From a virus, in IMG/VR virus record IMGVR_UViG_3300045988_168500, positions 1-41,306 of that record: 41,306 nt of DNA. The stretch is one strand, 5' to 3'. How positions within the stretch are numbered: the stretch's first letter is position 1; each line of letters opens with the position of its first letter. The notes under the pieces are model-generated. The model did not search any database. It worked only from the letters and a program-made list of their open reading frames with translations, and was not told where the DNA came from. The position numbers were made by a program, and so were the translations under genes. Of this stretch, positions 7,323-16,825 are shown in pieces.

Positions 7323-8507
7323 ATGAGTTTGAAAACTTGGTTCTTGGACTTCTTAGGAAATATAAGAACAGAAAAAGGTGAAATAGAAGAAACTTTATTT
7401 GAAGAAAAACTTCAAGAAATATACTATAAAGAATTAGCTATACAGACTGCAGTAGTGTTAATAGCTAATGCATTAAGTGCATGTGAAATAAAAGTATATG
7501 AAAAGGGACAAGAAGTAAAAAATAAATTTTACTACAGATTAAATGTATCACCTAATAAAAATGAAAATGCAAGCCAATTATGGCATAAAGCTATTGAAAA
7601 AATGATTTACGAGAAAGAAGCTTTAATCGTTGAAATTGGAGAAGAATTATTTGTCGTAGACAGTAAAAGTGAAGAAGAAAAACCTTTAGAAGGTAATATA
7701 TATACAGGAATATGTATAGGTAATGAGTATATAAATAGAAGATTTCAAGCAGATGAGGTAATAAGGCTAAAATTAAATGACGTAAATATTAAAAAATTAA
7801 TAGATAGTTTATATGAACAATATGGAGAACTATTAGCATTAGCTGCAAATAATTTTAAAAAGAACAACCAACGAAAATATAAATTGAAGCTTGAAAATAT
7901 AAAAGCAGGAGATAAAAAATTTCAAGAAGAATTTGATACAGTTGTTAAATCACAATTAAAAAAATTTATGGATAATGATAATGTAGTTTACCCACAATTT
8001 AAGGGATATGATTTAGAGGATGTATCTAGTACAACAAAAACAGATAGTAGCGATTTTAGAGCACTTCGTAAAGAAATTTTTGAGATAGTAGCTCAAGCTT
8101 TTCAAATACCTTTATCACTTATGATGGGGAATGTAACAAATATAGATGAAATAGCAAAAGTATTTCTTACTTTTTCAATAGATCCTTTGGCTGATATGAT
8201 AACAAAGGAAACGACTAGAAAGTATTCTGTTACTTATGAAGAATGGGCAAAAGGAAATTATACAAAAGTAGATACAAGTACAATAAAACATTTAGAAATA
8301 CTTGATGTCGCTGAAAAAGCAGATAAACTGATAGCATCAGGAACATGTTGTATTGATGAAGTTAGAGAAGTAGTTGGATTTGATAAATTAGATACAGAAT
8401 TTAGTAAGCAACATTTCATAACTAAGAATTATGATACTGTTGAAAATAGATTAATAGGAGATAGTCAAACTACTTTAAATGAAGGAGATGAACAAAATGA
8501 AGAATAA
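7323..8507 (+). CDS. portal protein (HK97-family-like)
   Basis: 394 aa, immediately after TerL and before the protease. Acidic C-terminus. Confidence 0.85.
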   Translation: MSLKTWFLDFLGNIRTEKGEIEETLFEEKLQEIYYKELAIQTAVVLIANALSACEIKVYEKGQEVKNKFYYRLNVSPNKNENASQLWHKAIEKMIYEKEALIVEIGEELFVVDSKSEEEKPLEGNIYTGICIGNEYINRRFQADEVIRLKLNDVNIKKLIDSLYEQYGELLALAANNFKKNNQRKYKLKLENIKAGDKKFQEEFDTVVKSQLKKFMDNDNVVYPQFKGYDLEDVSSTTKTDSSDFRALRKEIFEIVAQAFQIPLSLMMGNVTNIDEIAKVFLTFSIDPLADMITKETTRKYSVTYEEWAKGNYTKVDTSTIKHLEILDVAEKADKLIASGTCCIDEVREVVGFDKLDTEFSKQHFITKNYDTVENRLIGDSQTTLNEGDEQNEE

Positions 8508-9288
8508 AAAATATTTTCAGTTAACACAAAATGGAGATGAAGTGGATATACAAATTTATGGAAATATAACATCATGGGAATGGTTAGAGTCAGATATATC
8601 AAGTTACACATTAAGTAAACAAATAGAAAACTTAGATTGCAATAAAATAAATCTATATATAAATTCTTATGGTGGTGAAGTAGCAGAAGGATTAGCTATA
8701 TACAATCAATTAAAACGTCATAAAGCGAATGTAAAAACTGTATGCGATGGATTTGCATGTAGTGCTGCAAGTGTAATATTCATGGCTGGTGACGAAAGAG
8801 TAATGTCTACAGCATCTTTATTAATGATTCATAATGCATGGCAGTATTGTGAAGGGAATGCTAAACAATTAAGAAAACAGGCTGATGATTTAGACAAAAT
8901 TACACAAGCATCAGTAAATGTTTACATGCAAGAAGTAAATATTACTGAACAGAAATTAAAAAATATGCTTGATGCAGAAACTTGGATAACACCACAAGAT
9001 GCATTAGAGATGGGATTTGCAACATCAATAGTAAATGAAAAGGATACAGACATTATAAGTCAATCAGTCAAAAAATCATTAATGGAATTGATTTTTAATG
9101 CAAAAAATGAGAATCAAGAAGACGATGATCAAGAAAAAGATAAAAATAAAGATGATGAACAAGACAATAAAGATGATGAAAATGACAAAAAGGATGAAGA
9201 ATCCAACAAAGATAAAAAAGAAGATGAGCCAAAGGAATTCAATATGAATTCTTTTTTTAATGCAATAAAAAATATAAATGTAAAATAG
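8497..9288 (+). CDS. ClpP-type prohead maturation protease with a D/E/K-rich C-terminal tail
   Basis: S14 motifs: YINSYGGEV, GFACSAASVIF (Ser) and LLMIHNAW (His). ATG 8497 is 9 nt after GGAG; the track start 8479 is an alternative. Confidence 0.85.
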   Translation: MKNKKYFQLTQNGDEVDIQIYGNITSWEWLESDISSYTLSKQIENLDCNKINLYINSYGGEVAEGLAIYNQLKRHKANVKTVCDGFACSAASVIFMAGDERVMSTASLLMIHNAWQYCEGNAKQLRKQADDLDKITQASVNVYMQEVNITEQKLKNMLDAETWITPQDALEMGFATSIVNEKDTDIISQSVKKSLMELIFNAKNENQEDDDQEKDKNKDDEQDNKDDENDKKDEESNKDKKEDEPKEFNMNSFFNAIKNINVK

Positions 9289-9299
9289 GAGGTAGACAA

Positions 9300-10562
9300 A
9301 TGTCTTTTTTTGGAAATAAAAAATTAAAACAACAAGAAGTAGCAAATGCATTACAAAGTGCTATGGCAGGAGGAAATGAAGAAGAAATAAAACAAGCCTG
9401 GATAGAATTCCAAGAAGCTATAAAAGAGGATATAAAATCAGATTTTATAGAATATCAAGCTACACAAGACAAATCAATTTTAGCATCTAGAGGTTATAGA
9501 CAGTTAACTGCTGCAGAAGAAAAATGGTATAAAGGATTTATAGAAGCATCTAAGTCTAGTAAACCGAAAGAAGCTCTTACAGACTTTTTAAGTGCACCAG
9601 ATGGAATTATGCCTGAAACAATAATAGAAGATGTATTTAGAGATTTAGTTATAGAACATCCTTTACTTGAAAAGATAAACTTCCAATTTGCTAAGTATAT
9701 GACAAAATGGATATTAAATGATCACTCAATAGATACTGCAGTTTGGGGTGCTCTTAACTCAACAATAACAAAAGAAATAGAATCAGCATTTAGAGTGATA
9801 GACATTACTCAAAATAAATTAAGTGCATTTGCAGCAATACCATTAGATATGTTAGATTTAGGGCCAACATTTATAGATTCATATATAAGAACGGTTTTAA
9901 AAGATGCATTACTATGTGGATTAGAAAAAGCTATAGTAGCAGGTACAGGGAAAAATCAACCTATAGGATTATGCAAAAATGTATCTCATGGAGTGACCGT
10001 AACAGGTGGAGTTTATCCAGATAAAACAAAGGTCACATTAACATCATTTATGCCTAAAGAATATGGAGCAGTATTAGCACAATTAGCTAAGACAGAAAAA
10101 TGGACTGATGATGAGAGTAAGGATCATGGAGGTAAGCCAAGAAAGTTTAGTTCAGTATTATTTATTTGTAACCAAACTGATTATCTTACAAAAGTTATGC
10201 CTGCATCTACAGTATTGAATGTTAATGGTACATTTACTCAAAATGTATTTCCATTCCCTACAGAAGTTGTAATATCAAATGAACTAAACGACGGAACTGC
10301 TATTGTTTGTTTACCAGAAGAATACTTGATGGTAATTGGTGCTGATAAAAATGGTGTAATAACTTATTCAGACGAATATAAATTCTTAGAGGACCTACGT
10401 TATTACAAAATAAAAACTTATGGTGCTGGTAAAGCATTTGATAATACAGTAGCATTATTCTTAGATATTTCAAAATTAGAAGAAGCTTATGTATATACTA
10501 AAGTAAAAGGTAGTGTAGAAAGTACAGTAAAAGGTACTGTTACTACAAAAGCAGAATCTTAA
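9300..10562 (+). CDS. major capsid protein (HK97-type)
   Basis: 420 aa, AGGAGG RBS. Follows the protease and is followed by a strong terminator. Confidence 0.85.
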   Translation: MSFFGNKKLKQQEVANALQSAMAGGNEEEIKQAWIEFQEAIKEDIKSDFIEYQATQDKSILASRGYRQLTAAEEKWYKGFIEASKSSKPKEALTDFLSAPDGIMPETIIEDVFRDLVIEHPLLEKINFQFAKYMTKWILNDHSIDTAVWGALNSTITKEIESAFRVIDITQNKLSAFAAIPLDMLDLGPTFIDSYIRTVLKDALLCGLEKAIVAGTGKNQPIGLCKNVSHGVTVTGGVYPDKTKVTLTSFMPKEYGAVLAQLAKTEKWTDDESKDHGGKPRKFSSVLFICNQTDYLTKVMPASTVLNVNGTFTQNVFPFPTEVVISNELNDGTAIVCLPEEYLMVIGADKNGVITYSDEYKFLEDLRYYKIKTYGAGKAFDNTVALFLDISKLEEAYVYTKVKGSVESTVKGTVTTKAES

Positions 10563-10571
10563 GATAAAAAA

Positions 10572-10600
10572 TAAGGGCTAGAATTTCTAGTCCTTATTTT
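10572..10600 (+). terminator. rho-independent terminator after the capsid gene
   Basis: TAAGGGCTAGA pairs with TCTAGTCCTTA (one G-U pair), followed by TTTT. Confidence 0.7.
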
Positions 10601-10615
10601 ATTGGAGGTAAAAAT

Positions 10616-10894
10616 ATGAATTTACTTCAAGATTTGAAGCTAAAATTAAATATAACTTGGGTTGAAGAAGAAACAGAAAATCGTTTGAATGCTATTTTAG
10701 AAGATGCAAAATCAGCATTAAATTTTAAATTAGGTGCAGAAGTAGATTATTCTAATGGAATGGAAAGAAGTTTATTGCTTAATTATTGTATGTATGAATG
10801 GAATAATTGCATTAATGAATTTGACGATAATTATTTCAACAATATTATGCAATTAAGACAAAAATATGAGGTAGAACAAAATGAGGACATCTAA
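10616..10894 (+). CDS. head-tail connector (gp6-like)
   Basis: LQDLKLKLNITWVEEETENRLNAILEDAKSAL resembles the gp6-like connector N-terminus. Position supports the call. Confidence 0.65.
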   Translation: MNLLQDLKLKLNITWVEEETENRLNAILEDAKSALNFKLGAEVDYSNGMERSLLLNYCMYEWNNCINEFDDNYFNNIMQLRQKYEVEQNEDI

Positions 10895-11222
10895 TTTTAA
10901 TGATGGATATATAAGAGTTTATAAAGAAAAAAATAAAGAAAGTGACTTTGGAGCTAGAAAAAATATAAAATCTATTGATGATTTAGAGTTTATAGTCAAA
11001 TTAGCATATAAAGAATGCAATAAAAGGCAACAGGACCTTGATTTTGCAGAAGCTAGAAATAGGTCTTTAAGTTTAAAAATAAAAACAAGATTTTATAGAG
11101 ATATATCTAACTATGATAAAGTTATTATAAAAAATGTTCTTTACGATATTGTGTACTTTGATATAGATAGAGAAAAGCAAGAAATTTACTTCTATTTGGA
11201 AGAGGTGAGAAAGATTGCTTAA
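10881..11222 (+). CDS. head closure / head-tail adaptor protein
   Basis: 113 aa. Called from position and size within the neck module. Confidence 0.55.
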   Translation: MRTSNFNDGYIRVYKEKNKESDFGARKNIKSIDDLEFIVKLAYKECNKRQQDLDFAEARNRSLSLKIKTRFYRDISNYDKVIIKNVLYDIVYFDIDREKQEIYFYLEEVRKIA

Positions 11223-11571
11223 TGATATAAAACAAGCATTAGAAAAATTAGGATATAAAGCTTATTATGGACGTTCACTGGCAAAACCAAATGATGATTG
11301 GAATTATTTTGTCTTTAACAAAAGTAGGACATCTAGATCAGGAACAAATAGAATGGACTATAACAAATATTATCAGGTACATTTTATTTGTGAAGATTAT
11401 ATAGAAGAAGATTTTGAATTTAAAATAATAAAACAAGTAACAAAAGATACAAAATTAAAATTAGCTGATACAGAAATTGTATTTAATTATACAACAAAAA
11501 ATAATACTGATAGAGTAGTTGAAATTTGCACAATAGAATTTACAAAAGCTAAAAAAGGTTGTGAATTATAA
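11215..11571 (+). CDS. neck / tail completion protein
   Basis: TTG start lies 6 nt after AGAGGTGA. 118 aa. Called from position. Confidence 0.5.
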   Translation: MLNDIKQALEKLGYKAYYGRSLAKPNDDWNYFVFNKSRTSRSGTNRMDYNKYYQVHFICEDYIEEDFEFKIIKQVTKDTKLKLADTEIVFNYTTKNNTDRVVEICTIEFTKAKKGCEL

Positions 11572-11963
11572 TGGCAGGGATAAATTTTTCATTAGAGTAT
11601 GAAGACGTACAGAAAATACAACAAGCTATAGGAAATTATGAAGATAAAGCTGAGGACGTAATAAATAAATACATACATGGAGAAGGAAAAGACAAGTTAA
11701 TAAACTCTATACATAATTGTATACCTGTATCTGATAGGAATAAAAAGCATGCAAGAGATGCAGATTCATTAACAAATAAAAATTTCAACTTAGGAATAAG
11801 AATTACAACAAAACAAAAATATAATTACTTAGTATTCCCGATGACAGCCAGTGGGACAAGCCAAGGGAAAAGTGAAAAGCCATTCATGGAAGAAGGAGTT
11901 AAAAAAGTAAAAGATAATGTCGTAAATGACATTCTAGATAAGTTAGGAGGTTTGAATATATAA
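11571..11963 (+). CDS. HK97 gp10-like neck protein
   Basis: TAATG coupling on both sides. 130 aa. Called from position. Confidence 0.5.
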   Translation: MAGINFSLEYEDVQKIQQAIGNYEDKAEDVINKYIHGEGKDKLINSIHNCIPVSDRNKKHARDADSLTNKNFNLGIRITTKQKYNYLVFPMTASGTSQGKSEKPFMEEGVKKVKDNVVNDILDKLGGLNI

Positions 11964-12541
11964 TGGCTAGTTATGCTAAAGTGTACTCAGATTATGAAAT
12001 AAAAGAAAGTGCTATTAAATTTAATGGCGAAAATGAAATAGCAACAACAAAAGTTGGTTGCGTAGGATCTTTAACTGAAGAGATGGATGTAAGAACAGTA
12101 ACAAAAAAATGTGAAGGTGTAGTAATAAAATCTAGAACTAGAGGAACTGGAACAGGAACATTAACTGTAAGTATGCATATGCTATGGAGTTTGTATGTGA
12201 AAGTATATGGAATGATATTCACAGATAAACTTGCAGAAGGTGTATATGGATATGGTAAAGATAGTATCCATCCAGAATTTACATGGGTTGCTAAAGTGTT
12301 AGATGAAGATGGAATAGAAAAGTATTTAGCATATCCAAATTGTGTTATAAATTCAGGAACAAGTAAAAAAATAGAAAATGGTTCTGATGAAGTAGCAGAA
12401 ATTGAAATGACGATTGCAGTATCTCCAGATGATCAAGGCTTTGGAAAATATGAATGTATGGCAAGTGAATTGGCTTCTGGTTCTGAAATTGCGACTAAAT
12501 GGTTAACTTCATTTAATTTTGAATTAATAAAAAAAGCATAG
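11963..12541 (+). CDS. major tail protein
   Basis: 192 aa, directly upstream of the chaperone and tape measure genes. No tail sheath gene is present, which implies a siphovirus morphology. Confidence 0.75.
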   Translation: MASYAKVYSDYEIKESAIKFNGENEIATTKVGCVGSLTEEMDVRTVTKKCEGVVIKSRTRGTGTGTLTVSMHMLWSLYVKVYGMIFTDKLAEGVYGYGKDSIHPEFTWVAKVLDEDGIEKYLAYPNCVINSGTSKKIENGSDEVAEIEMTIAVSPDDQGFGKYECMASELASGSEIATKWLTSFNFELIKKA

Positions 12542-12552
12542 AGGTATAAAAA

Positions 12553-12906
12553 ATGAAATGTACATTTAAAGAATTAACATTAGAAAATGGAGAAGTTATA
12601 AAATTAACTCTAAATTTTGCTAGATTATTGCAGCTAAAGAATAAAAGAAAAAAAGAATATGAAGAATACAATAATATATATGTAAAAGAAGATAAAGATG
12701 CGACCTTTAGTTCAATCACGATTTTATATACAGCATATTTATGCGCTAATATAGAACAAGATGATAATACTTTAATGACTAAAGAAGAATTTATGGAAAA
12801 TATACCACAAAGTTTTGTACTTATAAATAACTTAGCTAATGAATTAGCGAATCCAAAGCAAAAAAAAATTTCAGGAGCGCCTTTACCCAAGAAACAAAGA
12901 AGATAA
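12553..12906 (+). CDS. tail assembly chaperone (gpG-like short form)
   Basis: 117 aa, between the major tail and tape measure genes. Contains the slippery heptamer. Confidence 0.75.
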   Translation: MKCTFKELTLENGEVIKLTLNFARLLQLKNKRKKEYEEYNNIYVKEDKDATFSSITILYTAYLCANIEQDDNTLMTKEEFMENIPQSFVLINNLANELANPKQKKISGAPLPKKQRR

Positions 12907-13115
12907 CAGGGGCTACAAAAATAAGAATACCTAAATTTAAATTAGAGGACATAGAGGATTATTATACCTACTATGTCCTTATTTTAGGTATAAGTGAAGA
13001 TTTATTTTGGAATATAGATATATCTTCCTTAGAAGGCATAGTTGCTAATAAAGTAGCATATGACAACTACATTAATTATGTAAAACAAAGGGAAATAGAA
13101 AGGAGGGGAAGATAA
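12553..13115 (+). CDS. tail assembly chaperone, -1 frameshifted long form (gpGT-like)
   Basis: After the slip at 12867 the -1 frame reads ..KKNFRSAFTQETKKITGATKIRIPKFKLEDIEDYY...REIERRGR*. It ends exactly at the tape measure ATG. Confidence 0.65.
12861..12867 (+). promoter_or_regulatory. -1 programmed frameshift slippery heptamer A_AAA_AAA
   Basis: Zero-frame codons are caA AAA AAA. The -1 frame is open from 12843 to the TAA at 13113-13115. Confidence 0.7.
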
Positions 13116-16085
13116 ATGGCAAATAAAACACAGGCACAAATAGAATTTAAAGCTGTAACTTCAGAATTTAGGTCCGGTATAAGAGACATAAGTAAAGATA
13201 TGACTACCTTTTCAAATGAATTGAAATTAAATGCTACTCAATTAAAAGGAAATTCAGACGATATAAATCTATTAGAACAAAGACAAAATATATTACAACA
13301 ACAATATGCAGCATCAAGCCAAAAGGTAGAATTATTAAATCAATCATTAGAACAGGCGAAAAATATACTTGGAGAAAACTCCAATGAATACAGAAATCTT
13401 AATAATGAGTTACTTAGAGCACAAACTCAACAACAAGCTATACAAAATGAAATAAATCAAACATCACAAAGACTTAATGATTTAAGAAGTGCAAGTCAAG
13501 AAGCTGGACAAGAAATAGGACAGTTAGGAAATGATACAAATTCATTATCTAGATTAACTACAGAAATAGATCAGCAACAACAAGAGTTAAATAGACTAAA
13601 AGAAGAATATAAAAATGTAGTATTAGAGCAAGGACAAAGTTCAAATGAAGCTCAGCAATTAGCAAGTAGAATAGGACAGTTATCTAATGATTTAAGGGAA
13701 AACCAAAATAGATTGCATGAAGTTAGTAGTGCTGCTGATGAATTAGATAACAGTTTAAATGATGCTGCAGATGGAGCACAAGAAGCTGGAAATGCACTAG
13801 AAGATGCATTAGCTATAGAAGGTGTAGACGAGTTAACAGATGCATTTAGTGGAATAGCAGACAGTGTAAAAGAATTTGGATTAGAAGGACAAAGTTCGCT
13901 TAATCAATTGCAAGCACAATTAGGGCTTACAAACGATGAAATGGGCGAATTTGAAGGAATAATAAATGAAATTTATGCAGATAATTTTGGAGAATCACTA
14001 TCAGATATAGGCGAGAATATGGCATTGGTACATCAAAACACAGGTTTAGCAGGAGAGGCGCTAAAACAATGTACAGAAGATGCATATCTTTTAAGTGATG
14101 TTTATGAAATTGACATAGCTGATAGTACAAAAGCAGCAGATGCATTAATGCAGAAGTTTGGACTTACAGCAGATGAAGCATATAATCTTATAGCACAGGG
14201 AGCAGAAAGCGGACTTAATAAAAATGATGATTTAATTGATGTAATTACGGAATATTCTCCTTCTTTTGCTAATGCAGGATATTCAGCTGAGGACATGTTT
14301 AATGCTCTTGCAAATGGGGCAGAGACAGGGGCATTTAGTGTAGACAGTTTAGGTGATGCATTTAAAGAAATGAATATAAGAATTATGGACGGTTCAGCCG
14401 ATGATTATTTAAAAAAGTTAGGGTTTAATGCTGATGAGTTTCGTGAAAAATATGCAAAAGGTGGAGATAGTGCTAAACAAGTCACACAGGAAATGATAGA
14501 GCGTTTAAGCAAAATGAAGGATAAGCAAGAACAATATAATGTAGGTGTTGGTATATTCGGAACAATGTACGAAGATAATGCTGCAGAAGCTATATTTGCG
14601 TTAGGAGATCTTAATGGAGAGATAGATAATTCTAGAGACAAATTAGGTGAAATGAACAAAGTCAAATATAATGACTTAGGAAGTGCACTTGAAGGAACGA
14701 AAAGAATATTACTTACAAACTTACAACCTGCGATAAGTGCAGTAACAAGTGGAATAACAACATTATTACAAAGTTTTGCTAATATGCCTAAACCTGTGCA
14801 ACTGGTAATAACTGCTGTAGTAGCATTAGGAACGGCTTTTGTAGGAATAACAACAGTTATAGGAATGGTTTCATCTGTAGCTGGAATATTTACATCGGGG
14901 TGGAGTGTTCTCACCGGGGTATTTGCAGCAGTTAAGACGGGAGTAATTGCAGCAACAGGTGCTATTGGAGCAATAAGTGCACCAGTTTTAATAGCAATAG
15001 GAGTTATAACAGCATTAGTTGCTATTGGTGTACTACTGTATCAAAATTGGGACACAGTAAAAGCAAAAGCAACAGAGGTTTGGAATGCAGTAAAAGACAC
15101 TATATCTAATGTGTGGGAAGGAATTAAGAATGTATTTAGTACAGTATTAAGTGCTATACAAACAGCTATACAAATGTATTTTGATATGTATAAGACAATA
15201 ATAGTTACTATTATAACTGCAATAAAGACAGTAGTAACAACAGGTTGGAACGGAATAAAAGCAGTATTTACTACAGTTTTAAATGCAATTAAGTCAGTAG
15301 TATCAAATGCATTTAATGGTATTAAATCTACTATTACAACGATATTAAATGCAGCTAGATCAGTTGTATCTAATGTTTGGAATGGAATAAAAAGTGTTGT
15401 AAGTAATGTATGTAGCGGTATATCAAGCACTGTATCAAATAAATTTAATTCAATTAAAAGTACTATATCTAATATAATGAATAGCGCTAAAAGTATAATG
15501 AGTAATATTTGGAATGGAATAAAGTCTACTGTAAGTAACGTTTGTGGAGGTATTACAAGTATAGTTTCTAATAAATTTAATGCAGTGAAAAATACAATAT
15601 CTAATGTAATGAATAGTGCTAAAAATGTAGTATCAAATGGCATTAGTAAAATAAAAGGATTTTTCTCAAATTGTCACTTAAGTTTCCCTAAAATAAAGCT
15701 ACCTCATTTTTCAATTAGTGGAAAACTTAGTGTAAATCCTCCAAGTGTACCGAAAATATCGGTAAACTGGTACAAACAAGGTGGTATTATGACACAACCA
15801 ACTATATTTGGAGCTAGAAATAATACTCTTTTAGCAGGAGGAGAAGCAGGAGCAGAAGCAATTTTACCACTAGATAACTTTTATAATTATTTAGATTCAA
15901 AATTAGACAAATTTATTAGTGAAGATAATACAGCAAGTGAAGTCAGAAGGTTATCAAATATAGTTTCAAACTTAGAACTTAAATTAGATATAGATGGTAG
16001 AGAATTTACTAGAACTGCAGTAGCACCAAATCAAGATGAATTAGATGATTATAATACAACTAGAAATATGAAATTAAAATACTAA
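13116..16085 (+). CDS. tape measure protein
   Basis: 989 aa. Coiled-coil N-terminus, hydrophobic glycine-rich segment, W-x-G-I-K periodic repeats. Position supports the call. Confidence 0.9.
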   Translation: MANKTQAQIEFKAVTSEFRSGIRDISKDMTTFSNELKLNATQLKGNSDDINLLEQRQNILQQQYAASSQKVELLNQSLEQAKNILGENSNEYRNLNNELLRAQTQQQAIQNEINQTSQRLNDLRSASQEAGQEIGQLGNDTNSLSRLTTEIDQQQQELNRLKEEYKNVVLEQGQSSNEAQQLASRIGQLSNDLRENQNRLHEVSSAADELDNSLNDAADGAQEAGNALEDALAIEGVDELTDAFSGIADSVKEFGLEGQSSLNQLQAQLGLTNDEMGEFEGIINEIYADNFGESLSDIGENMALVHQNTGLAGEALKQCTEDAYLLSDVYEIDIADSTKAADALMQKFGLTADEAYNLIAQGAESGLNKNDDLIDVITEYSPSFANAGYSAEDMFNALANGAETGAFSVDSLGDAFKEMNIRIMDGSADDYLKKLGFNADEFREKYAKGGDSAKQVTQEMIERLSKMKDKQEQYNVGVGIFGTMYEDNAAEAIFALGDLNGEIDNSRDKLGEMNKVKYNDLGSALEGTKRILLTNLQPAISAVTSGITTLLQSFANMPKPVQLVITAVVALGTAFVGITTVIGMVSSVAGIFTSGWSVLTGVFAAVKTGVIAATGAIGAISAPVLIAIGVITALVAIGVLLYQNWDTVKAKATEVWNAVKDTISNVWEGIKNVFSTVLSAIQTAIQMYFDMYKTIIVTIITAIKTVVTTGWNGIKAVFTTVLNAIKSVVSNAFNGIKSTITTILNAARSVVSNVWNGIKSVVSNVCSGISSTVSNKFNSIKSTISNIMNSAKSIMSNIWNGIKSTVSNVCGGITSIVSNKFNAVKNTISNVMNSAKNVVSNGISKIKGFFSNCHLSFPKIKLPHFSISGKLSVNPPSVPKISVNWYKQGGIMTQPTIFGARNNTLLAGGEAGAEAILPLDNFYNYLDSKLDKFISEDNTASEVRRLSNIVSNLELKLDIDGREFTRTAVAPNQDELDDYNTTRNMKLKY
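15369..15632 (+). repeat. tandem 132-bp (44-aa) duplication inside the tape measure gene
   Basis: SNVWNGIKSVVSNVCSGISSTVSNKFNSIKSTISNIMNSAKSIM versus SNIWNGIKSTVSNVCGGITSIVSNKFNAVKNTISNVMNSAKNVV. 32 of 44 positions are identical by hand alignment. Confidence 0.85.
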
Positions 16086-16103
16086 ATAAGAAGGAGGGGT
16101 AAA

Positions 16104-16814
16104 ATGGAAAAAAAATTAATATTTAATAATATTTGTTCAGAAGAATTAGAAATAATAGTTGTTGAAGGCCCTCCAGAAGTGTTGTCAGAAGAAGAATATG
16201 AAGAAATAAGTATAGAAGGTAGAAATGGGACAGTTACTATAAATAAAGGTACATTTCCAAATATAGAAAAGAGTTTTATTTTAACTACTATAAATTTAGA
16301 TCAAGACATAAATCTAATGATAGAGAAGGTTAAAAAATGGTTATTTGATATAAAAGATAATAAATTATTATATTCAATTGAAAATAAATATAACATTGTA
16401 AAAAAAGTTATTATTGAGGAAGATATAAAAACAACATTTGAAGAATTTGGAGACTTTAAAGTTAAATTTATTTGTGAACCTTTTTATTATAATTTATTAG
16501 AAAAAAATATAATAGTAACACAAAAACAAACGACTATATATAATAGTGGTGATTTTACAAGTGCCCCGAAGATAATTATATACGGAACAGGAGATTTACA
16601 GATAACGATTAATGATACTACTGTACAGATTAATAATGTTGATGAAAGAGTTTTGCTAGATAGCAAACTTTTTTTATGCCTAGATAAAGATAATAATAAT
16701 AAAAGTATAGATATGATAGGAAATTTCCCTTTGTTAGATAAAGGGGAAAATACTATAACATGGATAGGAAGTATAACCAAGTTAGACATAGAACCAAGGA
16801 CTATTTATAGATAG
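16104..16814 (+). CDS. distal tail protein (Dit)
   Basis: 236 aa, directly after the tape measure gene and before Tal. Confidence 0.7.
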   Translation: MEKKLIFNNICSEELEIIVVEGPPEVLSEEEYEEISIEGRNGTVTINKGTFPNIEKSFILTTINLDQDINLMIEKVKKWLFDIKDNKLLYSIENKYNIVKKVIIEEDIKTTFEEFGDFKVKFICEPFYYNLLEKNIIVTQKQTTIYNSGDFTSAPKIIIYGTGDLQITINDTTVQINNVDERVLLDSKLFLCLDKDNNNKSIDMIGNFPLLDKGENTITWIGSITKLDIEPRTIYR

Positions 16815-16825
16815 GAGGGAGTATT

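Noticed and set aside
14405-15643. Long minus-strand ORFs (14405-14914, 15041-15643) antisense to the tape measure gene
   Set aside because: They lie fully inside a strongly supported + strand gene. They encode low-complexity hydrophobic sequence typical of antisense frames in AT-rich DNA, and they have no RBS.
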